Positions 1-11,010 are shown, numbered from the stretch's first letter. The stretch: 64,000 nucleotides of DNA from Gammaproteobacteria bacterium (GCA_963422205.2 CAXMWX010000006.1:1-64000), one strand, 5' to 3'. The notes: generated by a model not told the origin, from the sequence alone. Program-made: numbers and translations.

Positions 1-1499
1 GTCTCTACCGTATCGGCCGGTCGCCAGACTGACAGGTTCGGTATCAGCCGCAGGGAGGCCGCCTGTTCCACGGCCTGATGGGTCGGTCCGTCCTCGCCGA
101 GGCCGATAGAATCATGCGTGAGTACGAAGATACTCCGTTGCCTCATCAGCGCCGCCATGCGTAGGGCGTTGCGGGCATAATCGGAGAATATCAGGAAGGT
201 GCCGGCATAGGGGATGAAGCCACCATGCCGGGCGATGCCGTTGGTGATCGCCGCCATGGCAAACTCGCGCACGCCGTAGTACAGGTAATTGCCGTGCGGC
301 TGCTCGGCGGTGTTGGCCGAGGCGCCGGGCCACCAGGTGAGGTTGGAGCCGGTCAGATCAGCCGAGCCGCCGATCAACTCCGGCAGTAGCGGGCCGTAGG
401 CGGCAAGACAATGTTGCGATGCCTGGCGGCTGGCGATGCTTTCCTGTTTTGCCTGTGTGCTGTCGATGAGTTCAGCCGAGCGGCTGTCCCAGTCAGCCGG
501 CAGCCTGGCCTGTAGACGGCGGGTAAATTCTGCCGCCAACGCCGGGTACTGCTTTGCATAAGCGGCAAAATTCTGCTGCCAGGCCGCCTCATCCTGCTGT
601 CCCTGCTGGCGTGCATCCCAGGCGGTGCGGATGTCAGCAGGCACCACAAAGGGATCATGCGGCCAGTTCAGGGTCTGGCGCGCAGCGGCCACTTCTTCCC
701 TCCCCAAGGGCGCCCCATGACTGGCGGCCTTGCCCTGTTTGCTGGGCGCACCAAAGCCGATGATGGTCTCACAGCAGAGCAGCGAGGGCCGGGACGTTTC
801 AGCACGTGCTGTGTGCAGTGCGGCGATAATTGCCTCAGGATCGTGGCCGTCCACCGCCGGGATGACCTGCCAGCCATAGGCGTGAAAACGTTGTGCTACA
901 TCTTCGGTAAACCAGCCGCTGATATCGCCATCAATGGAGATCTGATTTTTATCATAGATGACGATCAGCTTGCCGAGGCCCAGCGTACCGGCCAGCGAGC
1001 CGGCCTCATGCGAGATCCCCTCCATCAGACAGCCATCACCGACGGACACATAGGTGCAGTGATCCACGATCGTATGCCCGGGGCGGTTGAACTGTGCCGC
1101 CAGGGTGCGTTCAGCGATTGCCATACCCACCGCATTGGCGAGACCCTGGCCCAAGGGGCCGGTGGTGGTTTCAATCCCGGGGGTGCAGCCGTATTCAGGA
1201 TGACCGGGCGTTTTTGAGTGCAGCTGCCGGAATTGCCCTAGCTGTTCCATCGGCAAGGCATAACCGCTTAAATGCAGCAGGGCATACAACAGCATGGCGC
1301 CATGGCCGTTGGACATGATAAAACGATCGCGGTCTGGCCAGTCGGGATTGGCGGGATTGTGTTGCAGGAAATCATTCCACAGCACCTCGGCAATGTCGGC
1401 CATGCCCATCGGGGCGCCGGGATGACCGGAGTTGGCCTGCTGCACGGCGTCCATGCTTAACGCACGGATGGCATTGGCCAGTTGACGCCGGTCAGGCAT
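1..1499 (-). CDS. tkt: Transketolase (3' end outside window)
   Basis: Manual translation of the minus strand: [35 protein letters not shown]..., [53 protein letters not shown] upstream. Absent from the ORF track because it has no stop in the window. Confidence 0.97.
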   Translation of the reverse strand, partial: MPDRRQLANAIRALSMDAVQQANSGHPGAPMGMADIAEVLWNDFLQHNPANPDWPDRDRFIMSNGHGAMLLYALLHLSGYALPMEQLGQFRQLHSKTPGHPEYGCTPGIETTTGPLGQGLANAVGMAIAERTLAAQFNRPGHTIVDHCTYVSVGDGCLMEGISHEAGSLAGTLGLGKLIVIYDKNQISIDGDISGWFTEDVAQRFHAYGWQVIPAVDGHDPEAIIAALHTARAETSRPSLLCCETIIGFGAPSKQGKAASHGAPLGREEVAAARQTLNWPHDPFVVPADIRTAWDARQQGQQDEAAWQQNFAAYAKQYPALAAEFTRRLQARLPADWDSRSAELIDSTQAKQESIASRQASQHCLAAYGPLLPELIGGSADLTGSNLTWWPGASANTAEQPHGNYLYYGVREFAMAAITNGIARHGGFIPYAGTFLIFSDYARNALRMAALMRQRSIFVLTHDSIGLGEDGPTHQAVEQAASLRLIPNLSVWRPADTVE

Positions 1500-1685
1500 G
1501 GGTCTCTCCTGTGGTTGGTTGTGGCAACTCGCTGCTACAGCGTCGGTCGATATGACCGAAAGACACAGTATCAGGTTTAAGAAAACAGCCGGGTTGTCAG
1601 CGCCCTGCTGGTGCGGGTATTGTCGCCCAGAGCCTGCATGGTGGCAAGTGGCTTTGTGGTTTGGCTGATGGCCGGGGGTGCCTAT

Positions 1686-2504
1686 TTATCTCTCTCCATA
1701 TCGTTTAATAAACGCTTTATAATCATGTAACTGTTCTATGTGCTGATGCAGTTCCTGTTTTGCATGACAGGCAATGCAAAGCGCTTTCAGATTGGCGATG
1801 GCATTGTTGCCTGGATTGCCATCGCTATGGTGGGCATGCAGGTATTGTTTATCATTTTTAAGTTTCAGATGGCATGATTCACATCGCCACTGCTTCATTT
1901 CCTTGTAATTTTGTGCGACCTTTTTCCATTCTGATGGATATAACACCGGAATTTGATCGCAGTCATATTCAAATTTAATCCCAAAATCTATCCCGGCGCC
2001 GGCTTGATAAAATTCATGGATTGGAAAATTATCTACGCCATAGTGGCGCCATTTTGCGGGCAGTTTTGCATGACAGTTTTTACACAGGTTAAGCCGTATT
2101 CCCCGCACTCTTTCTGCTTTTTTATACTCAATGTTGTTATAGGTAATGATATACTGGAACCGCCCTTGCCTGTTATTCGTCTTCTTGTATCGATATCCTC
2201 GGCTGGGAGGATAGTCTTTAATCGTCCTGCACAGGTACAGATGAAACTTATGCCAGTTACCCGCTGACCAGTGAGCGGGATTCTCTCTCGCATTGCTCTG
2301 ATTGATAAAAATGGCTAACTGATGCAGATCACCGTTTGGTGCAATATCAAAAAGACCTTTTCCTGTCGCCAGTAATTCATTCTCATCCTCAATGCCAATA
2401 CCGGCATCAAGAGCGGCCAAAAACTGGCTTGTTTGCTCAGCAACAGAGATCCCTATCTTCTCTATAATTTCACGCAACTCTGTAAAGGTATTGATTTCTG
2501 TCAT
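1686..2504 (-). CDS. zorE: HNH endonuclease, ZorE-like effector of Zorya type II
   Basis: KFHLYLC and LCKNC N-terminal motifs; C-terminal CESC...LHAHH.DGNPGNN...NLKALCIACH HNH; overlaps the zorB stop. Confidence 0.82.
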   Translation of the reverse strand: MTEINTFTELREIIEKIGISVAEQTSQFLAALDAGIGIEDENELLATGKGLFDIAPNGDLHQLAIFINQSNARENPAHWSAGNWHKFHLYLCRTIKDYPPSRGYRYKKTNNRQGRFQYIITYNNIEYKKAERVRGIRLNLCKNCHAKLPAKWRHYGVDNFPIHEFYQAGAGIDFGIKFEYDCDQIPVLYPSEWKKVAQNYKEMKQWRCESCHLKLKNDKQYLHAHHSDGNPGNNAIANLKALCIACHAKQELHQHIEQLHDYKAFIKRYGER

Positions 2505-3238
2505 GGTTGCAACTGTAGTTGTTCAACAATTTTCAGCATCTTTTCCTGGCTTCGGGTAACGGATTTAAATTCTACCCGGCGCGATCGAACCTGATCCTCA
2601 TGGCCTGCCTCGTTCAGTACAGGTATGCCGTAAGAAAGTCCGTTAGCCCGGATGACCTTATGCAGCCAGTGATGATTGGGCCTTGATGCTGGCAACTGGT
2701 AGCAATAGGCCAGCACCGAGTGGGCGCGTTCCTGTGAAAGCCGGGAATTTTTCAGGTAACTCTCCGCCCGGCTTGCGGTGCCTTCCCAGACTGAACTGGT
2801 GTGTCCTTCTATCCTGATCTCATCTATGTTCTGCATGTATTTCGCTGAGGTCAGGATGGCCAGATAACGTGGGAAAAAATCGTCCAGTATGATCTTGAAA
2901 TTTTCCCTGAGCGTTGCGCTGCCGGTTTCAAATAATATGTCCGGCTCATTGAAGCGCACGGTGGAATCCTTCTCCAGGATGGCGTCCCATCTGGGCAAGT
3001 CGTGTTTAAACTCCTCGTAGAGGTCTTGATACAGACCGGCTTGCAGGGCGCTGTAAGTGGCTGCGATCTCTTTTACAATCTCCCCTTGCCTCAGCACATT
3101 ATTGGCAGACTGCTTGATTTTTTCATTGTTCTTTTCAGCCGTGATCATGTAGCTGATGGCGATCAGCAAAAAGATCATCATCAGGCCGGTCATCAAGTCC
3201 GCTATGCCGCCGTGCCAGCTATCTTCTTCCATCATCAT
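2501..3238 (-). CDS. zorB: ZorB, MotB/OmpA-like peptidoglycan-binding protein
   Basis: N-terminal TM with conserved Asp (ADLMTGLMMIFLLI); OmpA motifs LFETGS, IRIEGHT, LSQERA, SRRVEF. Confidence 0.88.
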   Translation of the reverse strand: MMMEEDSWHGGIADLMTGLMMIFLLIAISYMITAEKNNEKIKQSANNVLRQGEIVKEIAATYSALQAGLYQDLYEEFKHDLPRWDAILEKDSTVRFNEPDILFETGSATLRENFKIILDDFFPRYLAILTSAKYMQNIDEIRIEGHTSSVWEGTASRAESYLKNSRLSQERAHSVLAYCYQLPASRPNHHWLHKVIRANGLSYGIPVLNEAGHEDQVRSRRVEFKSVTRSQEKMLKIVEQLQLQP

Positions 3239-3248
3239 CGTCTCTATT

Positions 3249-4376
3249 TCAGGATTCAGGCATGAGTTTGTTTATTTGCTCAAGAAAAACCTCGTAATTT
3301 CTACCAAATTGGTTAGTTAATGACACAAGAGAATCATTTAAGTTGTTGGTGGCAGTGACCATACCAGCATTTAATTTTTTAACCGCTTCCTGTGTCTCTT
3401 CAATGCACCTGTCCAGTTTTGTATTCGTACCCTCCAAAAAGCCCACAGCCCGGTTATTATTTTCATTCATTTCCTTTGCAATTTTTTTAAATGCCTCGGG
3501 GATCTTTTCCAGTTCACGGGACGTGTTAATCAATGAATCTATTGCTGTCTGCATTGCTGCCTGGAGTTTGGTATTGTTTTTCAGCATGTTATTCATGGTG
3601 ACCAGGCTCAAGGCAGTATTATTGCAAAACTGCTCAAATTCCTCGTTTCTTTTCGCTATGTCTGAAACCGATTGCGCCGTGCTTGCCAATGCACCTTTTG
3701 TTTCTGACAAAGCCTGTTCGCTTGCCCTGATTGTCGCCATATAATCCTTTTGCCACTGAACCAGTTGCAGACAGGCGGCATTGAGTTGCTTAAAGTTTTC
3801 CCCAAATTGCTCGGTCAGGTTGTGATTAAAGTCTGCTATCACATTCTCCAGGGTTTGGATAATTTCTTTTGTAATGCCTTCGGACAGCTTTTTCAATGTA
3901 TCATCAAGAGACTGCCTTACCTTCCCCAGCTCATCTTTTGATTCGACTCTGTGATGTTGAACCTGCTCTACCACAGCATCGTTGGTTTTTTTACTGTCTT
4001 CCAGAAACTCCACCAGCAGCCTGGATTGTTCGGCGAGCTTGTCTGTTACCGGATTACCACTCTTCGCATAATGAGATGGCCTGTATTTCTGTGTTATCGT
4101 GATCATTACCGAGCATGTCATGCCCGCAATAGAAGTAATGAAAGCCAGCTTCATGCCTTCCAGTAATTTTGGGATACTGGCGGTTATATCGGTAACATCA
4201 AAGCCCCAGAGCCCGATGAGTATACCAATGAAAGTGCCAAGAATACCGAGGGTAAGCACATCGTGCCTGAATGTTCGATGCCATCGGCCCTCATTAACAT
4301 AAAACGAATGTAAATCTGCATACGTCAGTATGACTATGAGTGCAACAAAGCCAATGATGATACTGTTGTTTAACAT
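3249..4376 (-). CDS. zorA: ZorA, MotA/TolQ/ExbB-like channel with helical cytoplasmic tail
   Basis: [10 protein letters not shown]...[17 protein letters not shown] motifs followed by a long helical tail; start taken at MLNNSIII (track ORF extends to 4448). Confidence 0.85.
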   Translation of the reverse strand: MLNNSIIIGFVALIVILTYADLHSFYVNEGRWHRTFRHDVLTLGILGTFIGILIGLWGFDVTDITASIPKLLEGMKLAFITSIAGMTCSVMITITQKYRPSHYAKSGNPVTDKLAEQSRLLVEFLEDSKKTNDAVVEQVQHHRVESKDELGKVRQSLDDTLKKLSEGITKEIIQTLENVIADFNHNLTEQFGENFKQLNAACLQLVQWQKDYMATIRASEQALSETKGALASTAQSVSDIAKRNEEFEQFCNNTALSLVTMNNMLKNNTKLQAAMQTAIDSLINTSRELEKIPEAFKKIAKEMNENNNRAVGFLEGTNTKLDRCIEETQEAVKKLNAGMVTATNNLNDSLVSLTNQFGRNYEVFLEQINKLMPES

Positions 4377-4608
4377 GCGTATTGTCCTGTGGGTGGTGTG
4401 CAGCAGTTTCTGTTCTGACAAGGCTAAAGCAAATTGCTGCCACAGCAAACCGGCAGATCAGCCAAGGCGAAGACATTCGCTTGCAGCAATGCTTGTCTGG
4501 ACACTGACCCACCCTGCCACTTGGGTAGAATTTTCCCTAAACATTAGGCAAGCGCTTTTTTATTGGCTACTATTACGCCCTTTAATCCACACACGAAGGC
4601 AGCAGGAC

Positions 4609-5781
4609 ATGCACTATCTATTCACCTCAGAATCTGTCGCCGAAGGTCACCCGGACAAGGTGGCTGATCAGGTATCCGATGCCATCCTGGATGCGCTGCT
4701 GGCCGAGGACAAACAGGCACGGGTGGCCTGTGAAACCCTGGTCACGACCGGGCTGGTCATGATTGCCGGCGAGATCACCACCTCGGCCACGATCGACTAC
4801 ACCGAGATAGTGCGCGATACGATTCGGGACATCGGTTACACCTCATCGGCGCTGGGCTTTGATGCCGATTCCTGTGCGGTGTTGATCGCCCTGGACAAAC
4901 AGTCCGCCGATATTGCCCAGGGCGTCAACGAGGGCGAGGGGCTGGATGCAGAACAGGGGGCGGGCGATCAGGGCTTGATGTTCGGTTATGCCTGCAACGA
5001 GACCGATACGCTGATGCCGTTTGCCATCCGCTATGCTCACCGGCTGATGCGCCAGCAGGCCAGGGTAAGGAAGTCCGGCCACCTGCCCTGGCTGCGGCCT
5101 GATGCCAAGGCCCAACTCAGCGTGCGTTATGAGGATGGCCTGGCAACGTCCATCGACACCGTGGTGTTATCCACCCAGCATGAGCCGGAGATGAAGCATG
5201 CCGCTGTCCGTGAGGCGGTCATTGAAGAGATCATCATGCCCGTCTTGCCGGCCGACATGATTGACAAGCAGACCCGTTATCTGGTTAATCCCACCGGGCG
5301 CTTCGTCACTGGCGGGCCGGTGGGCGACTGCGGCCTGACCGGGCGCAAGATCATCGTGGATACCTATGGCGGTGCCGCCCGGCACGGTGGTGGCGCCTTC
5401 TCCGGTAAAGACCCGTCCAAGGTGGATCGCTCGGCCGCCTATGCCGGCCGCTATGTGGCGAAGAACATCGTGGCGGCCGGGCTGGCTGATCGGTGTGAGG
5501 TGCAGCTGGCCTATGCCATTGGCGTGGCGCAACCGGTCAGCGTGATGGTCAATACCTTTGGTACGGGCAGCGTGCCGGACGAGCAACTCATTCGCCTCAT
5601 CAAAGCACACAGTGATCTGCGCCCTAGGGCCATTGTTGAGCAGTTGGACTTGCTACAGCCCATCTACCGGCAGACTGCCGCCTACGGGCATTTTGGCCGG
5701 GATGATGTTGACCTGCCCTGGGAGCGCACTGACAAGGCCAGCGAATTACGCCATGCCGCCGGCCTGCCCGATGCCGCCTGA
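4609..5781 (+). CDS. metK: S-adenosylmethionine synthetase
   Basis: [36 protein letters not shown]; start at MHYLFT after AGGA. Confidence 0.98.
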   Translation: MHYLFTSESVAEGHPDKVADQVSDAILDALLAEDKQARVACETLVTTGLVMIAGEITTSATIDYTEIVRDTIRDIGYTSSALGFDADSCAVLIALDKQSADIAQGVNEGEGLDAEQGAGDQGLMFGYACNETDTLMPFAIRYAHRLMRQQARVRKSGHLPWLRPDAKAQLSVRYEDGLATSIDTVVLSTQHEPEMKHAAVREAVIEEIIMPVLPADMIDKQTRYLVNPTGRFVTGGPVGDCGLTGRKIIVDTYGGAARHGGGAFSGKDPSKVDRSAAYAGRYVAKNIVAAGLADRCEVQLAYAIGVAQPVSVMVNTFGTGSVPDEQLIRLIKAHSDLRPRAIVEQLDLLQPIYRQTAAYGHFGRDDVDLPWERTDKASELRHAAGLPDAA

Positions 5782-5920
5782 ATCGCTACCGGTTCGGCCA
5801 AGGCCGTGAGGTATGATTCTTTAATGAGCAGGCGGGAATATGACAGGTAGCCGTCTTGCCAACACGCATGTCAGGGGCTTGGCCTGCTGTCGGTGGCTGG
5901 CCATATCGGGTACCTGAGCA

Positions 5921-6721
5921 ATGCCACCCACGCTGCCGCTGCCATTTGACCCTGCATTGGACAATAACCCCCGGTTGCTGGTGGGCGATTGTGTTTCGCT
6001 GATGGCGGCGATGCCCGCTGAATATGTTGACTTGACGGTTACCTCGCCGCCCTATGATGATTTGCGCGAGTATGACGGCTATACCTTTGCCTTTGAGGCG
6101 ATAGCCGAGCAGTTGTTGCGGGTGACCCGGCCCGGTGGTGTGGTCGTCTGGGTGGTGGGGGATCGAATCAAAGGCGGCAGAACCCTGACCAGTTTTCGCC
6201 AGGCGCTGCATTTCCAGGAAATTGGCTTCACAGTCCACGATGTCATGATCTACCGCAAAAAGAACACGCCGTTTATGAGGAGCAACGCCTATACGAACTG
6301 CTATGAGTTTATGTTCATCTTCTCAAAGGGAAAGCCCAAGACGTTTAATCCGTTGAAGACCGGCACGGTGCGCCACGGCCCTGAGATGCTGGTACACAAC
6401 AAAGGTGCAGACGGCGTCAATAAAAAAGTCCTGAAAGAGTTAAAGAAGGAAAAAACGCTGTGTAATGTGTGGGAGTTTGCGGTGGGTTTGCACGGCTCCA
6501 CCTCCGATCGCATGGCATTTAAACATCCGGCGATCTTCCCGGAGAGACTGGCCGAGCAGCATATTCTCTCATGGAGCAATCCGGGCGAGCGGGTGCTTGA
6601 TCCGATGTGTGGCAGTGGCACAACGTGCAAGATGGCGCAAATCCACGGGCGCCTGTCTATCGGCATAGACATATCAGCAGAGTACATCGCCATCGCCAGG
6701 CAGCGCTGCGGCCATGGCTGA
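5921..6721 (+). CDS. Site-specific DNA methyltransferase (amino-MTase, beta class, probably N4-C)
   Basis: TSPPY catalytic motif precedes HPAIFP and DPMCGSGTT SAM-binding motif. Confidence 0.9.
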   Translation: MPPTLPLPFDPALDNNPRLLVGDCVSLMAAMPAEYVDLTVTSPPYDDLREYDGYTFAFEAIAEQLLRVTRPGGVVVWVVGDRIKGGRTLTSFRQALHFQEIGFTVHDVMIYRKKNTPFMRSNAYTNCYEFMFIFSKGKPKTFNPLKTGTVRHGPEMLVHNKGADGVNKKVLKELKKEKTLCNVWEFAVGLHGSTSDRMAFKHPAIFPERLAEQHILSWSNPGERVLDPMCGSGTTCKMAQIHGRLSIGIDISAEYIAIARQRCGHG

Positions 6722-7298
6722 GCGCTTTGTCCTGTTCAAGGGCAATCAGAGCCGTGGCATTGAGCCGGACTCTATCTGCGTGGTGGTGGATGATCGGCAA
6801 CGGGTGGGGAAAACAAAGATTAAGGTATTGCAATCCGGGCGAGAGTTCGCTGTTGATAACAGGGATCTGTTATCTATCGATCCGCTTGCATACGCCACTT
6901 ATGAGAGAGGCGATGAATTTACGCATAAAATCTGTAATCTATGCCATCGCCTGCTTCCCAAGGAGGCGTTTTCGCTAAACCAGAAAAATCAGCATGGCGA
7001 AATTCGCCGCCCGTCCTGCAAGCGCTGTCGCAAGGAAACGCAGCACAAAAAAATAAGCCCGCAGGAGAGGGCAATGTTTGAACAAACAAAGCCAGGCAAC
7101 GGCTCACTGTTTACCTGTCCGATTTGTCGCAAGCAGACCATTGTCGGCGTCACGGCCAAAATCGTGCTGGATCATGATCACGATACTGGCCGTGCCCGTG
7201 GCTGGATTTGTGAATCGTGTAATACGGGCCTGGGAAGATTAAAAAACGGCGAAGATTTCCTGCAAAACGCCATAGATTATCTGGCACAATTTCCCTGA
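6714..7298 (+). CDS. Hpy99I-like type II restriction endonuclease (beta-beta-alpha-Me, Zn-binding)
   Basis: KICNLCH...RPSCKRCR...FTCPIC...IVGVTA..VLDHDHDTG..RGWICESCNTGLGR closely follows Hpy99I as I recall it; overlaps the MTase stop. Confidence 0.82.
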   Translation: MAERFVLFKGNQSRGIEPDSICVVVDDRQRVGKTKIKVLQSGREFAVDNRDLLSIDPLAYATYERGDEFTHKICNLCHRLLPKEAFSLNQKNQHGEIRRPSCKRCRKETQHKKISPQERAMFEQTKPGNGSLFTCPICRKQTIVGVTAKIVLDHDHDTGRARGWICESCNTGLGRLKNGEDFLQNAIDYLAQFP

Positions 7299-7312
7299 GG
7301 CAAACGGGCAGG

Positions 7313-7442
7313 CTGGCCGTCCCCCTGTGTGGTTTTGCCTATATGCACATACCTATACGCACATACAAAGGGGCTTTGCATTATGCTGCCAGCGTATTAT
7401 ACTGCCAGCCGTCTGAGGAGCGTTGCAACGGGGCCATCCCGC
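7313..7442 (+). repeat. Direct repeat copy 1 of 9391-9506 (hairpin + promoter + 5' half of SAH riboswitch)
   Basis: Near-identical to 9391-9506 apart from a 14-bp internal duplication (ctatatgcacatac/ctatacgcacatac). Confidence 0.95.
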
Positions 7443-7452
7443 CGGGTTTTAT

Positions 7453-7551
7453 AAACAGAAGGCCCTGTCCCTGCTGGACATACGGGTACTAGATCATTTG
7501 ATAGTCGGCGACAAACTGGTCACCTCCATGGCCGAGCAGGGATTATTGTGA
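7453..7551 (+). pseudogene. radC: RadC (JAB domain) C-terminal fragment
   Basis: Translates as KQKALSLLDIRVLDHLIVGDKLVTSMAEQGLL*, the typical RadC C-terminus. Confidence 0.75.
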
Positions 7552-7673
7552 AAGGCAAAGAATTACCCGTCAATCGCGGTGCAGTACGTTATCAATCGCG
7601 ACAAAAAGGGCAACAGGTGGTGGGCTGATACAAGCCGTTGTCGGCATGGCAGAGCGCGGCTCATAGTGATGAC

Positions 7674-8398
7674 ATGATGAAAATCAGACTGCATAAAAAG
7701 ATAGCGGCATATTTTGGCTATGAATTTACCAAAATCGTCAGGAACAATAGTGGCCGGTTAGTAGAGGCGCTCATAAACAAGCATGATATTGACCTGGTGA
7801 TTGATGTCGGTGCCAACATGGGGCAGTTCGCAACTGGGCTGCGGCAAATGGGTTATGCCGGTCGCATTATATCTTTTGAACCCGTTAATGCATGTTATCA
7901 ACATATTTCAGCTATTGCTGATGAGCAATGGCAAGTGGAAAATTATGCGCTGGGTGATGCGAACAAGACGGAAAACATTCACATTTCGATTAACTCTGAT
8001 TTATCCTCCATCCTGTCCGCCAGTGACTATGGCAAATTCTATTATTCAGGGAAAATAGATACGGTTGGGTCGCAGAGAACACAAATCAAAAAACTGGATG
8101 AGGTCATACCCGAACTTGTGAATGATATTGACAAGAGAAAAGTGTTTTTGAAACTCGATCGCAGGGCTATGATCATAAGGTCATTTATGGCGCGACAAAT
8201 ACATTACGGCATGTGGAGATTCTGCAAACGGAAGCGTCCTCCAAAGCGATATATCAAGATACCCCGACCGTTTATGAGACATTAAAATATCTGGCCGATG
8301 CGGGATTTAGTATCGCTGGTATTTTTCCCATATCGCAAGATAAAAACACGCTGAGAGTAATCGAATTTGATTGCATTCTAATCAGGGAACATCCCTGA
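7674..8398 (+). pseudogene. FkbM-family methyltransferase, frameshifted
   Basis: VIDVGANMGQF, SFEP. LKLD(T)QGYD motif is broken by a 1-bp loss at ~8160; the other frame continues to [11 protein letters not shown]. Confidence 0.82.
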
Positions 8399-8519
8399 AA
8401 GCCCGCCAGTTAAAAAAAACAAGCGATACAGCCGCCTCCTCGACTCCTTTGCCGGTTCCGGCACCACAGCCCACGCCGTTCTGGAATTAAACAAACAGGA
8501 CGGCGGCAACCGCCAGAAC

Positions 8520-8675
8520 GTTCTTTGAAAAGGCCCTCTCCCTGACCCCCTTCCCCATCCAGCAGGTGATTACCGATGGTGGCGTTACGTTCAAGGGCGC
8601 ATTTGACCAACGGCTCAACGATAGCCAGATCGCCCATCTATACACCTATCCCAAAACCCCCAAAATGAATGCCGT
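8520..8675 (+). mobile_element. DDE transposase (IS481/rve-like) internal fragment
   Basis: PFPIQQVITDGGVTFKGAFDQRL...IAHLYTYPKTPKMNA resembles TDNGSEF...PkmNa.vER. Confidence 0.6.
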
Positions 8676-8812
8676 GGTTGGTGAGCTTGTCGAACCATAT
8701 CCAGCACAACAAAAAGGTCAATATTTGGTGGACTCATACGGGCGATAATATATACTCAGTTTTAGTGGTCGGTTTGAAAGATTGTACTTTTGAGAGATTG
8801 TAATTATGAAAC

Positions 8813-9361
8813 TTGATACTTTCCCCTGGCTCTGAATTCTTGCCTGTTGATACCCTCTTAAAGATCTGTTTTCTGATCGTCTCAGTCTTCGCGGTTGTTG
8901 TTACAATTTGCGGCTGGTTCTATACCAGTCATAGAAATCACTTATTACAAAAGCAGCGATTCTCGGTTGATTTGATGCGCCCCCTTCTTGAAGGCGAATT
9001 GCGTGAGTCAGTTTTGTTTGTCAGGCAGTTTATGCGTGCAAATCCAACGTATGACTGGAATGCGCTACCTGAAAAACACTCGAATAACAAGCTCAATAGC
9101 GATGAACAAAAACTTTTTAATAAAGTCGGGCAGGTGCTTGATGTCTTCGAATTTATAGCGGTTGCAATTAAAGTTGATTTGGTTGATGAATATCTGATTA
9201 AACAAACCTGGCGCACATTTCTTGTTCAATCTTATGCACACCTGCAAGGCTATGTAAATTGTACCAGACGTATAGCACAATCATCTTCGGTGTATAGTAA
9301 CTATGAACGACTGGTGCAAGAATGGCACAACGAAACACAAACTTCCAAGCCTGAAAATTAA
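8813..9361 (+). CDS. DUF4760-like membrane-anchored protein
   Basis: N-terminal TM; LDVFEFIAVAIK..LVDE..IK...Y...ERLVQEW pattern; low GC. Confidence 0.65.
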   Translation: MILSPGSEFLPVDTLLKICFLIVSVFAVVVTICGWFYTSHRNHLLQKQRFSVDLMRPLLEGELRESVLFVRQFMRANPTYDWNALPEKHSNNKLNSDEQKLFNKVGQVLDVFEFIAVAIKVDLVDEYLIKQTWRTFLVQSYAHLQGYVNCTRRIAQSSSVYSNYERLVQEWHNETQTSKPEN

Positions 9362-9390
9362 GACGCTTTTTTATCGACTGAGACCCTTGC

Positions 9391-9506
9391 CTGGCCGTCC
9401 CCTTGTGTGGTTTTGCCTATATGCACATACAAAGGGGCTTTGCATTATGCTGCCAGCGTATTATACTGCCAGCCGTCTGAGGAGCGTTGCAACGGGGCCA
9501 TCCCGC
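9391..9506 (+). repeat. Direct repeat copy 2 (native ahcY upstream region)
   Basis: Matches 7313-7442; contains TTGCAT..TATACT promoter-like hexamers. Confidence 0.95.
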
Positions 9507-9560
9507 TAGGCTCAGGCTGTTATCATCAACCCGTCATCATGAACCATAAACGGCGCTCGC
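9472..9560 (+). ncRNA. SAH riboswitch
   Basis: CTGAGGAGCGTTGCAAC...CTAGGCTCAGG...AAACGGCGCTC directly upstream of ahcY; CTGAG/CTCAG stem and GAGCGTTG/CGGCGCTC pseudoknot pairing. Confidence 0.9.
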
Positions 9561-9582
9561 TTACATTGTTTAGGAGAACGAT

Positions 9583-11010
9583 ATGAGCGCTGCCAGCAGT
9601 AATGTACTCCCCGCCCAGTTACCTGACTACCACGTGGCCGATCTGTCGCTCGCCGATTGGGGCGAGAGAGAATTGCGTATTGCCGAGACTGAGATGCCGG
9701 GCCTGATGGCTATCCGCCAGCGCTACGCCAGCGCCCGGCCCCTGGCTGGCGCCCGTATCGCCGGCTCCCTGCACATGACCATCCAGACCGGCGTGTTGAT
9801 TGAAACCCTGGTGGCCCTGGGCGCCGAAGTCCGCTGGGCCTCCTGCAATATCTTCTCCACCCAGGATCATGCCGCCGCCGCCATCGCCAGGCAAGGCATT
9901 CCCGTGTTTGCCTACAAAGGGGAATCCTTGCAGGACTACTGGGACTATACCCACCGCATCATGACTTGGCCGGACGGCGGTACGCCGAACATGATCCTGG
10001 ACGATGGCGGCGATGCCACCTTGCTGATCATCCTGGGCGCCCAGGCCGAGCAGGACCGGGCCGTACTGGATAATCCGGGCAGCGCCGAGGAACGCCATCT
10101 GTTCGCCGCCATCAAAAACCGATTGCAGGCCAGCCCGCACTGGTATAGCCGCATCAAGCAGAATATAAAAGGCGTGACCGAGGAGACCACCACCGGTGTG
10201 CAGCGCCTGTATCAGTTGCGTGATAAGGGCGAGCTGCCTTTTCCGGCCCTCAACGTCAACGATGCGGTGACCAAATCCAAGTTCGACAATCTGTATGGCT
10301 GTCGGGAATCCCTGGTCGATGGCATCAAGCGCGCCACCGATGTGATGATCGCCGGCAAGATCGCCGTGGTGCTGGGGTATGGCGATGTGGGCAAGGGCTG
10401 CGCGCAATCCTTGCGTGGCCTGGGCGCCACCGTGTGGGTGACGGAGATCGATCCAATTTGCGCCCTGCAAGCGGCCATGGAAGGCTATCGTGTTGTGCGT
10501 ATGGATGAGGTCTGCGGGCAGGCCGACATCTTCGTCACCGCCACCGGCAATTTCAATGTCATCACGCATGACCATCTGGCGGCGATGAGAGACCAGGCCA
10601 TCGTCTGCAACATCGGGCATTTTGATAACGAGATCGATGTGGCTGGTCTGGAGCAATATCGCTGGGAAGAGATCAAGCCACAGGTGGATCATGTGATTTT
10701 CCCGGACGGCAAGCGCCTTATCCTGCTGGCCAAGGGTCGGCTGGTCAACCTGGGCTGTGCCACCGGCCACCCCAGTTTTGTGATGTCCAACTCGTTCACC
10801 AATCAAGCGCTGGCGCAGATTGAACTGTTTACCAACAACGCCAGCTACGATAAAGACGTGCATGTCCTGCCCAAGCACTTGGATGAGATGGTAGCACGCC
10901 TGCACCTTGAGCGCATCGGCGCCCGCCTGACCGAGCTAGACCAGGCACAGGCCGATTACATTGGCGTGTCGGTGGGCGGCCCGTATAAACCGGCGCATTA
11001 CCGCTATTGA
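9583..11010 (+). CDS. ahcY: Adenosylhomocysteinase
   Basis: [44 protein letters not shown]-terminal HYRY. Confidence 0.98.
   Translation: MSAASSNVLPAQLPDYHVADLSLADWGERELRIAETEMPGLMAIRQRYASARPLAGARIAGSLHMTIQTGVLIETLVALGAEVRWASCNIFSTQDHAAAAIARQGIPVFAYKGESLQDYWDYTHRIMTWPDGGTPNMILDDGGDATLLIILGAQAEQDRAVLDNPGSAEERHLFAAIKNRLQASPHWYSRIKQNIKGVTEETTTGVQRLYQLRDKGELPFPALNVNDAVTKSKFDNLYGCRESLVDGIKRATDVMIAGKIAVVLGYGDVGKGCAQSLRGLGATVWVTEIDPICALQAAMEGYRVVRMDEVCGQADIFVTATGNFNVITHDHLAAMRDQAIVCNIGHFDNEIDVAGLEQYRWEEIKPQVDHVIFPDGKRLILLAKGRLVNLGCATGHPSFVMSNSFTNQALAQIELFTNNASYDKDVHVLPKHLDEMVARLHLERIGARLTELDQAQADYIGVSVGGPYKPAHYRY

Noticed and set aside
657-1460. Plus-strand ORFs over tkt, and other long antisense ORFs (9619-10905, 20971-23109, 23326-24990)
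   Set aside because: Shadows of well-supported genes on the opposite strand in GC-rich DNA
4330-4608. 93-aa N-terminal extension of MetK in the ORF track
   Set aside because: Overlaps zorA antisense; MetK homology and RBS begin at 4609
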